Shown: positions 47,801 through 58,215, counted from the stretch's first letter. The stretch is DNA of 64,000 bases from Podarcis erhardii (GCA_964252035.1 OZ176200.1), one strand, 5' to 3'. The notes: a model not told the origin generated them from the sequence alone. Translations and numbers: made by a program.

Positions 47801-49027
47801 TTCCAGGCCGAGGGCATCAAACCAGTCTAGCCCTAGGAGGCTTGGCCGCTGACCTTCGACCACCACCAACCGGAGCAGGCCCGAAAAATCCTTGAAGGCA
47901 ATCTGGAACCGGCCAACGCCTACCACGGGAATGTCGTTTCCCTGGTAGTCTCTCAGGTGTACGCGGTGAGAGTCGAGTTGCCTTTTGGACACTCTGGGTA
48001 CCAGTCTTTTGATGGTGCTCCACGACACGATGGACAGGGCAGACCCGGTGTCGATCTCCATGTCACATGGAGCTCCTTCAATGAGCACCGTGACGTTCAG
48101 CTTGCGTCGCGTAGGCGAGTCGGTTTGGCCAATCGTGGTTCCAGACGGGCAGCGGCAGTTGGTGAGAGCGAAACAACTTTCCTTGGCAGACTGGAGTGAA
48201 GGCTTGGACTTGCGAGTCGATGAAGGGGGGGTGTCAGACGGAGCCGATCGGCAGACCTTAGCGATGTGGCCCCTTCTGGAACACTTCCTACAGATGGCGT
48301 CTCTGAATCGACACTTGGCACGGGAATGGTTGCCTCCGCAGCCGGCACATTCCAGTTGGCCCTTGGACTTCTGTTGGAACTTCCTGTGCTCCCGCTTTGT
48401 CTGGTGCACGTCATCGCCTTCACTGGAGGATGCCTCATCACTGCTGGCCTCTTCATGATGCACCGGAACTGGCTCCCTAGCAAGACGCGGGCTGCTGGAC
48501 TTGCGGATCTCCTGGGCGGAGCGTTCAGCAGCTTCTGAGGCCACAGCCTCCTCAATGGCTTTCTGTAGCGTGAGGTCTGGCTTGGCGAGGAGACGCCGTT
48601 GCAGATGGATGTCCCGGACCCCGCAGACGATTCGATCCATCAGGGCATCGTCTAAGTCTCGGAACTCACAGTGCATTGCAGCCTGTCGCAGGGCGGTGGT
48701 GTAGTTGTTGATTGACTCCCCCTCTGCCTGGTTCCGGTGGTAGAACGCATGGCGGGCAGCAATCTTGGACGGCTTTGGTGCGTAGTGGTTGCGGAGCTTC
48801 TCTTGGATCGTGTCCCATGGTGTTGCCTGGACTGCTTCGGGCGCAACCAATGCTCGGGCCGTCTCAAACACCTCAGGCCCACAGAGGCTGAGGAATAGGC
48901 CCCGCTTACGATCCTTTGATACTGCTGTCAGCTCGTTGGCTTGGAGGTAGCAGTCGAACCGAGCGAGGTAGGAATCCCATGATTCAGAGGCTGGCGCAAA
49001 CGGCGGTAGAGGCACAAGTGAAGCCAT
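44897..49027 (-). CDS. Gypsy gag-pol polyprotein, intact, 1376 aa
   Basis: Two Cys/His knuckles (CAGCGGNHSRAKC, CRKCSRRGHIAKVC), protease IDTGS, RT YFDD, RNase H LACDAS..E..D, integrase HVGH..CQAC with D,D,E residues (VHIDL, VSDNG, QAERMV). Domain order PR-RT-RH-IN. Confidence 0.97.
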   Translation of the reverse strand: MASLVPLPPFAPASESWDSYLARFDCYLQANELTAVSKDRKRGLFLSLCGPEVFETARALVAPEAVQATPWDTIQEKLRNHYAPKPSKIAARHAFYHRNQAEGESINNYTTALRQAAMHCEFRDLDDALMDRIVCGVRDIHLQRRLLAKPDLTLQKAIEEAVASEAAERSAQEIRKSSSPRLAREPVPVHHEEASSDEASSSEGDDVHQTKREHRKFQQKSKGQLECAGCGGNHSRAKCRFRDAICRKCSRRGHIAKVCRSAPSDTPPSSTRKSKPSLQSAKESCFALTNCRCPSGTTIGQTDSPTRRKLNVTVLIEGAPCDMEIDTGSALSIVSWSTIKRLVPRVSKRQLDSHRVHLRDYQGNDIPVVGVGRFQIAFKDFSGLLRLVVVEGQRPSLLGLDWFDALGLEVTGINCISNAETEGLVKDFAEVFDGTLGQYTGTPISFSLDPQVAPIKLKPRRVPFALKAKVDEQLDKLIAQGVLEPVDHAKWETPIVTPVKPDGSVRICADYKCTINKALQQHAYPVPVVQHLLHSLGEGKVFAKLDLAQAYQQLPVDDATAEAQTIVTHRGAFRCRRLQFGVSVAPGIFQSLMERLLQGLPGVVPYFDDVLVSADSHQQLFERLRAVLTRFQEAGLKVKREKCQIAVPQVEFLGYLIDASGLHPTTSKIRAIQQAPTPKNKTELQAFLGLLNFYNMFLPHKATVAEPLHRLLSTKTPWAWGHRETAAFNAVKALLSSDSVLVQYSESRPLVLACDASPFGIGAVLSHRFPDGREAPLAYFSRTLSLTERNYSQLDKEALALVAGVKRFHEYLYGRTFDLITDHKPLLGLLAGDRPTPPVLSPRMLRWTVFLAAYHYRLIHRPGKSMGHADALSRCPLPAFVEDPAPASSLLLIEDLPAAPVSAATVASASAQDRTISRVLNWVWRGWPQGPFASEFQPFATRQHELSAHRGCLLWGDRVVIPQGLRQRVLEALHVGHPGIVKMKALARCYVWWPNMDDAITAWVSACQACQESRPAPPAAKGHTWETPKTPWSRVHIDLAGPFHGRTFMVVVDAYSKWLEVALMPSTTTEAVIRVLRGLFATHGCPDVLVSDNGPQFTSGTFERYLLGLGIRHALTAPFHPSSNGQAERMVRSAKEALARLDRGDWHERVAEYLFVQHITPHAATGRSPAELLMGRRLRSPLDRLHPDFAVAEPPGCANAPRSFVPGNQVFARNYVGDIPWVPATVVGVTGPRSYQVALEDGRLWRRHIDQLRRRVGDLDTTEVPPTALAAPEETRTDGEAPPTPPSQTASVEPNRAASEGLPDLPQTQTTPLAEAPPTAADPGELVPTPSRVAPQPQQELCGPPDLATSPQRSGRVPKRPTYLKDYVVGQVSLLV

Positions 49028-49203
49028 GATTCCGATGCCGGCGTGAAGGGCGATGGATGGAACACAGTGCTCTAGCCAGAACAGTCAGCTCTGAATTGGT
49101 TCTGTCCAGTGATTTCGCTCAGTGATTTCGCTCTGTGATTCAGCTCAGTGATTCAGCTCAGTTCAGAGGCTGGCCGCATCTGGCTGTGCTCTGATGTCCA
49201 TCC

Positions 49204-49221
49204 ATCCCACCTTCGTCGCCA
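49204..49221 (-). other. Primer-binding site, tRNA-Ser(GCU)
   Basis: Plus-strand atcccaccttcgtcgcca matches the 3' 18 nt of vertebrate tRNA-Ser(GCU) including CCA, as recalled. Confidence 0.8.
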
Positions 49222-49222
49222 G

Positions 49223-49487
49223 AGTTAAGTTGTGGGTTGACATAGCAGACGACACAGCGATTTCTCCAAGTAGCTCTTTATTTCGTAAGCTGGAATAGAA
49301 CTGACTGCAAACAGCTCAGCCGGCCTGCTTTTATAGGCAGCCGGCTGTCAACATTGTAACAACAACAGCCCAGAGTTCCCGCCTAAAATAACTGACGCGG
49401 ACCTGAGGGAAAACTATCAACAGACCTGAGTGAAAACTATATACAGTATCCCCCTGCTGGCCCAGGGTGAAACTTCACTACATAACA
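49223..49487 (-). repeat. 5' LTR of the Gypsy element
   Basis: Identical to 44519-44783 except for the first plus-strand base (a49223 vs t44519). Confidence 0.95.
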
Positions 49488-50399
49488 GTTACCAGCTGTA
49501 ATGCAAAGGATGAGTAACAAGTTAAAATAAGTTATAATAAGTTACAATAAGGATTTGCTGAATTAAGAATTTGAACTGGAATACAAAAGGGGGAGGTGAG
49601 AGGAGGTCCGGGATATAAGGTAATGGAAATAAGTAACAGGAATTATATTTGTTTTGTTTTGTTTTAACTGTGTATTTTTGTACTTTTGTTATTTTTTGAG
49701 CATTATTTGTTTTTTGTTGTCTTTCTTTTTGTATTAAATTGGAAACTCTAATAAATATCTTAAAAAAAAAAAAGCAAAGGCCTGTCCTATGCCATGGCTG
49801 TTGTTGTAATTGAGAAAACGAGAAAGAACTAAGGCCTAAGTTCTAGTGAAGGGCTGAGCAGGAAAATGTCATTTGATAACCGTAGCTGCTGGAGACAATT
49901 TTTAGACCATAGGCTGATGGTCACTAACACCACTTTGCCCTTTTTTCCAGCGAATTGAAAGAGCTTTGAAGGAAGAGCTTTTGTTTGATGCACATATCCT
50001 CACACATCCTCGCTTCAGGCATTTTGTAAACTTGGGCCATTTGACCAAGCCACACCCTCTGACATCAGAGGTGAGGCAGGTGAAGATACAGCTGAACCAA
50101 AGTGGTTTGCAGGCTCCACCCATCAGCTGATTGGCAGCTCCTGCAAAGACCCAACTATCATCTGGTTATCAGGATTTGCAAAGTGCCACGTGCAATGCTG
50201 GGCAAGCACCAATGATCAGCCCATTGTTAGGGCTTGCAGAGTATGCAAATCCTGGTGATCAGCTGATTGCTGGGACTTGCAGAGCATCAGCTGATCGGCA
50301 GTGCCTGCAAAGTCCCTTTGGCTCAGCCGTCTCTTTACCTGCCCTGCACCTATAGGGACTGTGGTGATATAATCCATCACCTTTCTTCTTTATCCTTCA

Positions 50400-50413
50400 C
50401 TGCCCCCTAGTGG
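50400..50413 (-). promoter_or_regulatory. CTCF core motif, reverse orientation
   Basis: The minus strand reads CCACTAGGGGGCAG, a consensus match to the CCASYAGRKGGCRS core. Confidence 0.7.
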
Positions 50414-51091
50414 TGCGTTTATTTTATTTTTATCCCGCTACCATGTCAATCTTGAACTGTTGGCAGAAAAAAAACCCTTATGAATTTGAGAGAGAGAGTG
50501 TGTTTTAACATAGATCATCTAGCCACATCCTATGCTTGTGGAGACTTATAGCCATATTTAAAACTGTTACATTCCATAATAAAAATATCAAGAAAATAAA
50601 AACTAAATGTTTGATGGGTCCTGGTGCTCAAGGTGACTTACATTATATTTAAAATAGCAACATCCCATATTGAATGCACACACACAAAATAAAACTTAAA
50701 ATGTTTGTGGCATTTTGGTGTGTGAGAGAGAAAGAAAGAAAGAAAGAAAGAGAATACTGGAGGGAGGCGGGATCCAGATCAGGACCCTAGTATGGAGGTT
50801 GGAGGCTTTAATTCTTTCACCCTCCTGCGGCTCCAGTCTGCATCTATGTGCAGCAAAGGCATACCTGCAACTTGCATTGCAGAAAAAGTTCCCATTCATT
50901 TCAGAGGCAATGAATTGGCCTTGTCTAGGATGCTGACATGGGGGTAGAGTGCTTTGTGCTCTCAAATCATGTGAGTCTGGATTTTGCCACTCGTGCTCTC
51001 TGGACAAGATAGATCACATACATCTCTAACAGATTGTGCTAAATACAGATTCGTTTTAAAAGAGGTTTTTCATCTGAAGGGTATTTCTTGT

Positions 51092-51105
51092 CCAGCAGAT
51101 GGCAG
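51092..51105 (+). promoter_or_regulatory. CTCF core motif, forward orientation
   Basis: CCAGCAGATGGCAG, a consensus match. Confidence 0.65.
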
Positions 51106-52279
51106 TCATAGCACTTTGGCTCTGCTGTACTACATCATTAAATAAAAAGCCGGCATTTATTTTTACACAAGGAAAGCTTAAAGCGGCTCTTGTTCCAGAC
51201 ACATTTGTAATTTGATTGTGAAACGTATTGGTCAGAAAGAATGCTTGGCTGTATTACAAACAACAAATAACAACCCTCTGATTTCTCTTCCACATAGACA
51301 GTGATCGTAATTTTTTTTTTAAAAAAAGAATAGCTGGATGGAGGGTCAAAAGTGAGGTAACCCTCAGGTTTGAAAATGCTTGAAAAACAGAACTCCTACA
51401 TTGCAGTCACTTAGCATGTTCTGCATGCAGCAAGACATTTTTGGTGCCAGATGACAGTTTCTAGCACTTGCAATTTGGATGCCAAGTATACAAGAAATGG
51501 CAGGGAGATTTTCTTTCCTGCAAGCCATTTATGTGATTAAAGTCTGCCCACCTCTTCCTCTAAGTTTAAAGTAAGGACAGATTCATCCCTAAGGCAAACT
51601 GTATTTTCAATGTAGTGGGAATGAATATGACATCTTCAGGATTACCCAAACATGACACTAAGGTTTATTTCAAATATCCTTGTTTTGTTTACAAACTGAT
51701 TTCCTTCTCTCTCTCAGCCCCAGTCCATACATGATGCATGCAACCCATGATCAGAATTCCTGACTTTTTGAAACAACTTTTAAAATAAGTGCAATAATCT
51801 TCAAATTTGATTTGTGCAGTGGTGCTGAAGAAGGAATTGCTTAATCCTTTTCCTCAAGCTGTTTCCTGGTCTAATTTCCCCATCACTTGAGGCTACAGTT
51901 AGGTCTATGGAGGGAAAAAAAGTTAGCCCTGCTTCTCCCAGAGTTTTGATTAACTCTTGACAACTCTTGACAACCTGCAGTGGCCAGAGTTTTTAGAGGG
52001 GTCATGCGTGCTTCAATGTGCTTTAAAGGCATAGGGTGCATTCAGCACAAATTTCACAGTGCTTTCTTACAATGTAATCCTAAGCATCTTTGCTTACTCC
52101 CTAGTACATATGTTTTGGATAACAGTCCAACTTTGCAATCCAACCCCCCTTTGTCCTGGGCATGCAGGTGTGTGTGTACTGGGTAGAAGGGTCCCTCTGC
52201 CCAGTCCTGATGGCTTCTACCTGTAATGTGACACCACTGCCATTCTGCCAACACAGAATTCAAGGTTATACCTATTAAG

Positions 52280-52830
52280 TTTGCAATGACAGGCCACAGA
52301 AAGTCCCAAAGGAGTGTTCCAGAAGAGCGGTGGGAAGGGGCTGAGCCAGCCCCAAATCTGATGGATCCCAAGGTGGCCCCACCATGGCAGCTTCAGGCTA
52401 GCAGCAACCAAGAGGCTGCACACTTTCCAGCTCAGATCAGATCAGGCACAGAGCTCTGATGCAGCTGCTGGAGACTGAGGAACAACTGAGACTGAGGAAC
52501 ATGAACCCCCAGAAGAATCTCCTGTACCTGCAGAGTACCTTCATGGGCGCCTTCCCCTGAAGAACCAAATGCTTCCCCCAGAACCTCATCACAAGTCCAG
52601 CAATAAAGGGAGCACAATACAAGTTGGAGGTGAGAGAACAATGGAGGAGTCCTCGTCTTCAGGCCAGAGGCATGGCCCCTTTAAGAATCCAGAGTTACTC
52701 ACAAGTGGGTGGAGTCTGAGAGAAGTTGCACTGAGTGCAGAGCTTAAATAGGCTCAGTCTGCTCCTAACCTTTACTGGAGCAAGTTGTTCACCTAGAGCT
52801 GTCTGTGGTCCTGTAAGCCTGGCTAGCTTT
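52280..52830. mobile_element. Possible decayed solo LTR
   Basis: GA-rich low-complexity stretch followed by cttaaataggctcagtct, reminiscent of lizard Gypsy LTRs. Termini and TSD were not identified. Confidence 0.25.
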
Positions 52831-53344
52831 CTCATTAGCTTGCTTTTTGCCCTGGGTGGGGTGCAGATGCAGCGGTGATGGGGATTTGGGTTGATGCCCA
52901 ATGGCATACTCCTCTCTGTGTCTGTTTAGAGGTAGGTACTGCTGAGTTCAGTGGAGCGGACTTCCAAGTAGTGCTGTAATTTGAGTTTCTTTTAAAATTA
53001 TTTATGAAATGTTGTGTATTTTGCTACTTTAAACCCTCCCCAAAGTGAGAACACCTCGTTAGCACAGGTTATTGTCCCTATCTACTGCCTACCCAAATCT
53101 GGCTGTGCAGTGGGAAGGGGCAGGCAGTAGTGGTGAGCTGGCTTGGGGAATGAGAGTGTTATTGGGGAGACCTCAGCTGTGCTGTTGCCATGCTGCTGCC
53201 CCACCCCAGTTAACTGCCATCACTCAGTAAAAGGAAGAAAGAAGGCTGTCGTCCACTTCTCAGTATACTGGACAAATGGCAGAAGAAGAGGACACTAGAC
53301 TGAGCTGGAAATAATGGGCCATCCTATTTCTCTATTTGCTTCTG

Positions 53345-53475
53345 AGTAGCAGCTGCTGGAGGACAATAGCAGTAGAGGATTCTCCTTCTTGGGGCTTCCT
53401 GGAGGCATGTCCAGTTGGAAAAATGGGATGTTGGGTAGATGGGCCTCTGGTGTTATCCAGCAGGGCTCTTGGTAA
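53345..53475 (+). mobile_element. Degenerate retroelement 3' tail, same family as 58085-58215
   Basis: gatgggcctctggtgttatccagcagggctctt resembles gatgagccattggcctaatccagcaggctcttctt at 58178-58210. Confidence 0.4.
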
Positions 53476-53821
53476 GGTTGATGGAATAAAGGATAGCAAG
53501 TTCAAGCCCTTACTCATCACTGTCCTATTTCACTCCCTTGTCCCACCTCATTCAACTTGCTACCATGGCAATGGCTGTTGAAGGAGGGCAAGGAGCTAGG
53601 AGTGGAGGGTTCTTCTGTTTCTTCCACACACATCCTGTCTCATCAGAGGCCATGGCCAGAGCAACAGTCAGAGCCTATCCTGTTTCTTCAAGCCTGTCTA
53701 TGTTCCCATATCACCCTGGACTCTCCTTGGCCTTGAAAATGAATTATTCTTTCTCCATGCCCCAACCAGCAGCTGCATTTGTGATTCCGTTTAAGTCATA
53801 ATAATTATTACTAAATGTGCT

Positions 53822-53822
<1 letters not shown>

Positions 53823-53858
<36 letters not shown>
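53823..53858. repeat. (GT)n(AT)n microsatellite
   Basis: Read directly from the sequence. Confidence 0.9.
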
Positions 53859-53859
<1 letters not shown>

Positions 53860-54240
53860 ATTTAGCACATGCAACTCCACATCCTTTTTTCCTGATGCAT
53901 TACCTATTTTGGGGCAACATGTAACTGACAGCCCTATAATGCGCTGTGCTGCTTCTGCCCATCTCCTCACTCCTGAACATGGGTCTTGGCGATGCTTCCA
54001 ACATATACTGTCCCCCTTCCCTGCCATTCTGGAACTGTCTTTGGTAGATTAGTATGCAGAAAGTAGTAAAAAGTACATAATTATTGTATGGATGAAGAAC
54101 TTTATTTGTACAGTGCAAGGATTCTTGGGGGGTGCAATGATCCATTATGGGTTCCTCTGGGTTGCCTGTTTATTCTGAATGATGCTGTTCAATTTTGTTT
54201 GTTGACTTTAAGAATTATTATGACTGTGTTTTTTATCATT

Positions 54241-54430
54241 AGGAACATAGGAAGCTGCCTTACTGAGTCAGACTGCTGGTTCATCTAGCTCAGCATTGTA
54301 TGACTGACCGGCAGTTGCTCTCCAGAGTTTCCAGCCAAGGGCCGTTCCTAGCCTTGCCTGGTGATGCTGAGGATTGAACCTGTGACCTTGTGCATGCAAA
54401 GCAGATGCCCTACCAATGAGCCACAGCCAT
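54241..54430 (-). mobile_element. tRNA-derived SINE with a CR1-type tail
   Basis: The minus strand reads ggctgtggctcattggtagggcatctgctttgcatgcac..aggttcaatcctcagc (A and B boxes) and ends cttcctatgttcct. Confidence 0.7.
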
Positions 54431-54474
54431 TGCTGTAAGTTGTCATGTGCTCCATTTTTGAAGGAGGGGACATA

Positions 54475-54853
54475 CCATATTTTACCGTGTATAACATGCC
54501 CAACACGCTCCTGTGTATAAGATGCCCCCAATTTGGGGGGACTCCTAATTAAGAAAATGGGAGGCAATTGCCCAGGGTTGTTGAGCTTTTGGGGGGGGAT
54601 TGCCCAGGGTTGTTGAGCATTTGGGGGGATTGCCGAAAATCATTCACCCGCCCAATTGCCGCAGCAACAGCAAAACGACAAAAGCCCTTGCCACAGCCAC
54701 CAATAAACTGCCCAATCGCCACTGACAATCTCCTGCTCACGGCAGCAACCAATCCCACGTCCCCACTATGCACTACCCACGTATAAGAGGACCCCCAATT
54801 TTAAACATTCTTTTAGAATAAAAATACCTCATCTTATACACGAAAAAGTATGG
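54475..54853. mobile_element. Tc2-like non-autonomous element
   Basis: TA flanks. TIRs ccatattttaccgtgtataa / ttatacacgaaaaagtatgg. Confidence 0.75.
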
Positions 54854-55460
54854 TAGATCTTTCAAACAAATATTGTAGCACAAAAATAGCAGCTTTATTC
54901 TCGTCATATGCTTTTTGCTTTATTCTCGTCAGCATTCCAGTTAATGAAGTGGATGTAAACTCTATTCATTGTTAACGTGTACATGAGATTATTGAGTCAG
55001 ATTGTCCATCCAAATTTAGCTAAGGGCTTTATGTTAATACGCCAAAAGCTACGCAAATCAAAATTTGGGAAGTCAGTGTGTGTCTGGGGTGGGGGTTCTT
55101 CTTGGTGAACTAATGTTTTCCCCTCTCCTACTAAGGCCAGACTTTGCATAAACAGGCTCCTTTTTTATTTACTGGCTATAAACTTATGATGGACTTCATA
55201 GGGCTGAAGTCAAGCAAAATAGATATGGTTGACCTGTGGGTAATGTAGGGGGCAGTGGCAACTCCATGAGATATTTGGCACTGAGAAACAAAATTCTGCG
55301 GCCAATAGAGATAATAGGCATAAATCATATTATAATCTTATTTATATACATGATCTGTAGTTTGCATAATTTGCTGCCTGATTTGACTTGTGAAAGGGGC
55401 ATGGAATATTCGTGGAATGGTCTTCCTTTTGGGGTGGATCAGTCTCTCTCATTAACTGTA

Positions 55461-55686
55461 CAGTGGTACCTCGGGTTACATATGCTTCAGGTTATAGACT
55501 CCGCTAACCCAGAAATAGTACCTCATGTTAAGAACTTTGCTTCAGGGTGAGAACAGAAATCGTGCTCTGGCGGTGCGGTGGCAGTGGGAGGCCCCATTAG
55601 CTAAAGTGGTGCTTCAGGTTAAGAACAGTTTCAGGTTAAGAACGGACCTCCAGAACGTATTAAGTAGTTAACCCGAGGTACCACTG
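55461..55686. mobile_element. Tigger-like MITE
   Basis: 18-bp TIRs cagtggtacctcgggtta / taacccgaggtaccactg and a TA TSD. Confidence 0.9.
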
Positions 55687-56369
55687 TAGTTGAAATTTAA
55701 AAGCATTCCTGTTTACCCAGGCATTTGATGGCTGAAAGACACTGGCCAACACAACTTTGAGATTAGTGACTGTGATGGTATCATGTTGTTGCTTATAGAT
55801 GTTCTAAATGGTTCTAGCTGTTTTTAGTTTGTTTTTAAATGTTTTAATTTTGAATTGTATTGCTTTAACTTTTTGATTTGTGCTCCTATGGATGTCTTTG
55901 AGAGAAAGGTAGGATAGAAATGTAAGAAATAAGTAAATGCAAGTTGCAGAGCAATAGAAAATGAACTTCCAGTATTCTGACTTTTTTTTTTAAGGTGCTC
56001 TTTACTGGGACAGCTTGTGTGGTGCTGTTGTTTGTATGTTTTATTGTGTTTACTTCCTGATTTGTTTTTTTTTAATCTGGAAGCTACTTTAAGTGCACAT
56101 CATGGAGCAGTGAACTTTAAACATCAGCTTTCTCTGCTCTTGGGGCAGCTTACTGAATAAATAATATATAAAGTTAGCAGTTAAAATAAGCAAACAAATG
56201 GCTATACCGTTAAATTTGATAAATAACTGCAAAGAGTTATTTATCTTGTGGTCGTAGCATCTCAAATAGGTTCTATTTATTTTGCAAAACCTCAAATGTG
56301 GACAAGGTATGGACAGGAATGATTCGCAACATTACCAATTGCTTACATATAACAAAAACCAAGTAATAA

Positions 56370-57010
56370 AACTCAGTGCCCGCTTCCTCCGCAAGAATAA
56401 CCGCGCTCTGGCCCTTTAAGAGGGCAACGCCTCCTTACGCAGGGGAGGGAAAAAAGCAGCGTCCTCCTCCTCATAGCGGGACCGGGAATAGAACGGGACT
56501 CCCTGCACGCATGCGCGCCTCAGTGATCTACGCAAGAGGAAACCTGTGTGGTGGACTTCATGGGACTACGTCAAGACGCAGGGCACGCATCAGGGGGCGG
56601 GGTCCCGGAGCTGGAGAAGGATCCGCGCGGAGCCTCCCGGGCGCTGCGTGGGGCGTGGGGGGGCAGGGAGCCTCCGCGCCCCGCGAACCATGTTCCGCTA
56701 CCAGGTGAGGAAACGCTTTGTCGGGGTGTGGGCGCTGCCGGGCCTCCCTCCCTCCCTCGGGCGGAAGCGCCCAGGGCCACCCTTGCCGTGACCTTTGACC
56801 CGTATTTGGAACTCTCGGCTCTCTTCTCTCCCCCCTCCCCCAAGCTGTCCCGCGCCGCGTGCTGGAAGCGAGGGGCCGCTCTAGGAGTCTGTGGACAATG
56901 ACCCAGGAGGACCCCTGTCCGTGAACCCGGTGGAGGCTGATCTAGTCTGTGGGTGAGGGGGGGGGCAGCCCCTTCCCGTTCCCTCAGCTCAAGGGGGGCG
57001 GGTCTCCCAG
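56370..57010 (+). promoter_or_regulatory. PATL1: CpG-island promoter of PATL1
   Basis: Dense CpG. NRF1-like gcacgcatgcgc at 56505-16 and GC box ggggcgggg at 56594-602, just upstream of the first coding exon. Confidence 0.8.
56690..56704 (+). CDS. PATL1: PATL1 coding exon 1 (MFRYQ)
   Basis: accATGttccgctaccag|gtgagg. The human protein starts MFRYE-SLEDCPLDEDE (recalled). Confidence 0.85.
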
Positions 57011-58084
57011 TTGGGTGCCCTGTTAGGATGTGCGAAGGAGAGTGGCATCCTTTCCCCAACTCTGCTGCCTATGCCCTAAACAAGCGAATAACTAGCTGCT
57101 TTCATGTGGGGTGGCCTTTGGGGAAGAGTCTATTCTGAGGTGCTGATTTGTGTTTTCGGTTCCTGAGGGCCCTTTCCATGCCAGAAACATGGGAGGGGGT
57201 CAGTCATCTGCAACATAGATGGAGTTTGTGTATGGAGCACCCACAAATCCATTGCTATTCTGGGAATCCCTTAGGAAAGTCATGTGGGAGGAATGTACCA
57301 GGTGAATGTGGAATGACTTGCCCCAGTGAGACATTGGGGTTTGAACTATAGAAGGAAATTCGGGGATGCAACGGAGGTTCGCATCACTGCGTGCAAAACT
57401 ATATTGTATTAAGGAATAATATATATATAACTGATTGGCTTTGGGACATGTGCTTTGGGGGATTTAACTAATTGGGCTTGCACATATTATCTATTCAGTA
57501 AGATATTCTTGCAAAGTTACAGGAGTTCTCCTTTGTCTGCAAAAACTGACAAAGGAGGCTAAAACAGCAGAAACAGAATTCTTGCATATTTTCTGTGCAG
57601 TGTTTACCTTTGGATTCTGCTCGTAGATAGAACTTGTGATAGAGCTGTTGATAGGAACTGAAGAATACTGTGTTCTGAGAAACAGATCACAGTGAGACTT
57701 TTAGGACAGAGTAGTGTGAAAAATGTCATGTAATTTAGTGTACAGGCATACTGGATTGCATTGAGGTAGTAGCCTGCAGCATTCATTTGGAGGACTGTGT
57801 TCTGTGATTCAGGCATGTCTGTTCCACATCCTTTTTAAAGTATGCTAGGTTTTTTTCTATGGGGAACTTAATAGGCTGGAGCTCCTTCTCCATCTTTCAT
57901 CCAGTGTATCTCCTCCCATGACAAAATCTGAAGTAGTTAAGCAAGGAGTGAGGAACCTTTTTCAGCCTGAGGGCCTCATTCTCTCGTGACAAACCTTTTG
58001 GGGGCTGCATGCCAGTGATGGGCAGGGTAAGACTTGAATGCAGGCGGGACAACAGATGTGATTCTTTATCCTTTGTACAGTGGG

Positions 58085-58215
58085 AAAAGAGGGGAGAGTG
58101 CCCTTGTGCTGGAATCCTGCTTGCTGGTTTCCCACAAACATCTGGTTGGACACTGTGAGAACAGGTTGCTGGATTAGATGAGCCATTGGCCTAATCCAGC
58201 AGGCTCTTCTTGTGT
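58085..58215 (+). mobile_element. Squamate retroelement 3' tail (CR1-like) in PATL1 intron 1
   Basis: cccttgtgctggaatcctgcttgctggtttccc..catctggttggacactgtgagaacagg..ggattagatgagcc..tccagcaggctcttctt, recognised as a common lizard repeat end. Confidence 0.5.

Larger units (their letters stand above)
44519..49487 (-). mobile_element. Intact Ty3/Gypsy LTR retrotransposon (Mag-like), inserted antisense in the L1 3'UTR
   Basis: 265-bp LTRs at 44519-44783 and 49223-49487, 5-bp TSD gttac at 44514-18 and 49488-92, PBS, PPT and a single gag-pol ORF. Confidence 0.97.
36910..49772 (+). mobile_element. Full-length L1-clade LINE with three nested insertions
   Basis: 16-bp TSD agcaaaggcctgtcct at 36894-909 and 49773-788. 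CpG-rich 5' end starting gacttccgg, about 900-bp 5'UTR, ORF1, ORF2 (APE, RT, C-terminal Cys-rich region), and aataaa plus poly(A) at 49750-49772. Confidence 0.95.

Noticed and set aside
56376-57138. Several 60-160-aa ORFs around the PATL1 promoter
   Set aside because: Expected in stop-poor CpG-island sequence. Only the 15-nt exon fits PATL1.
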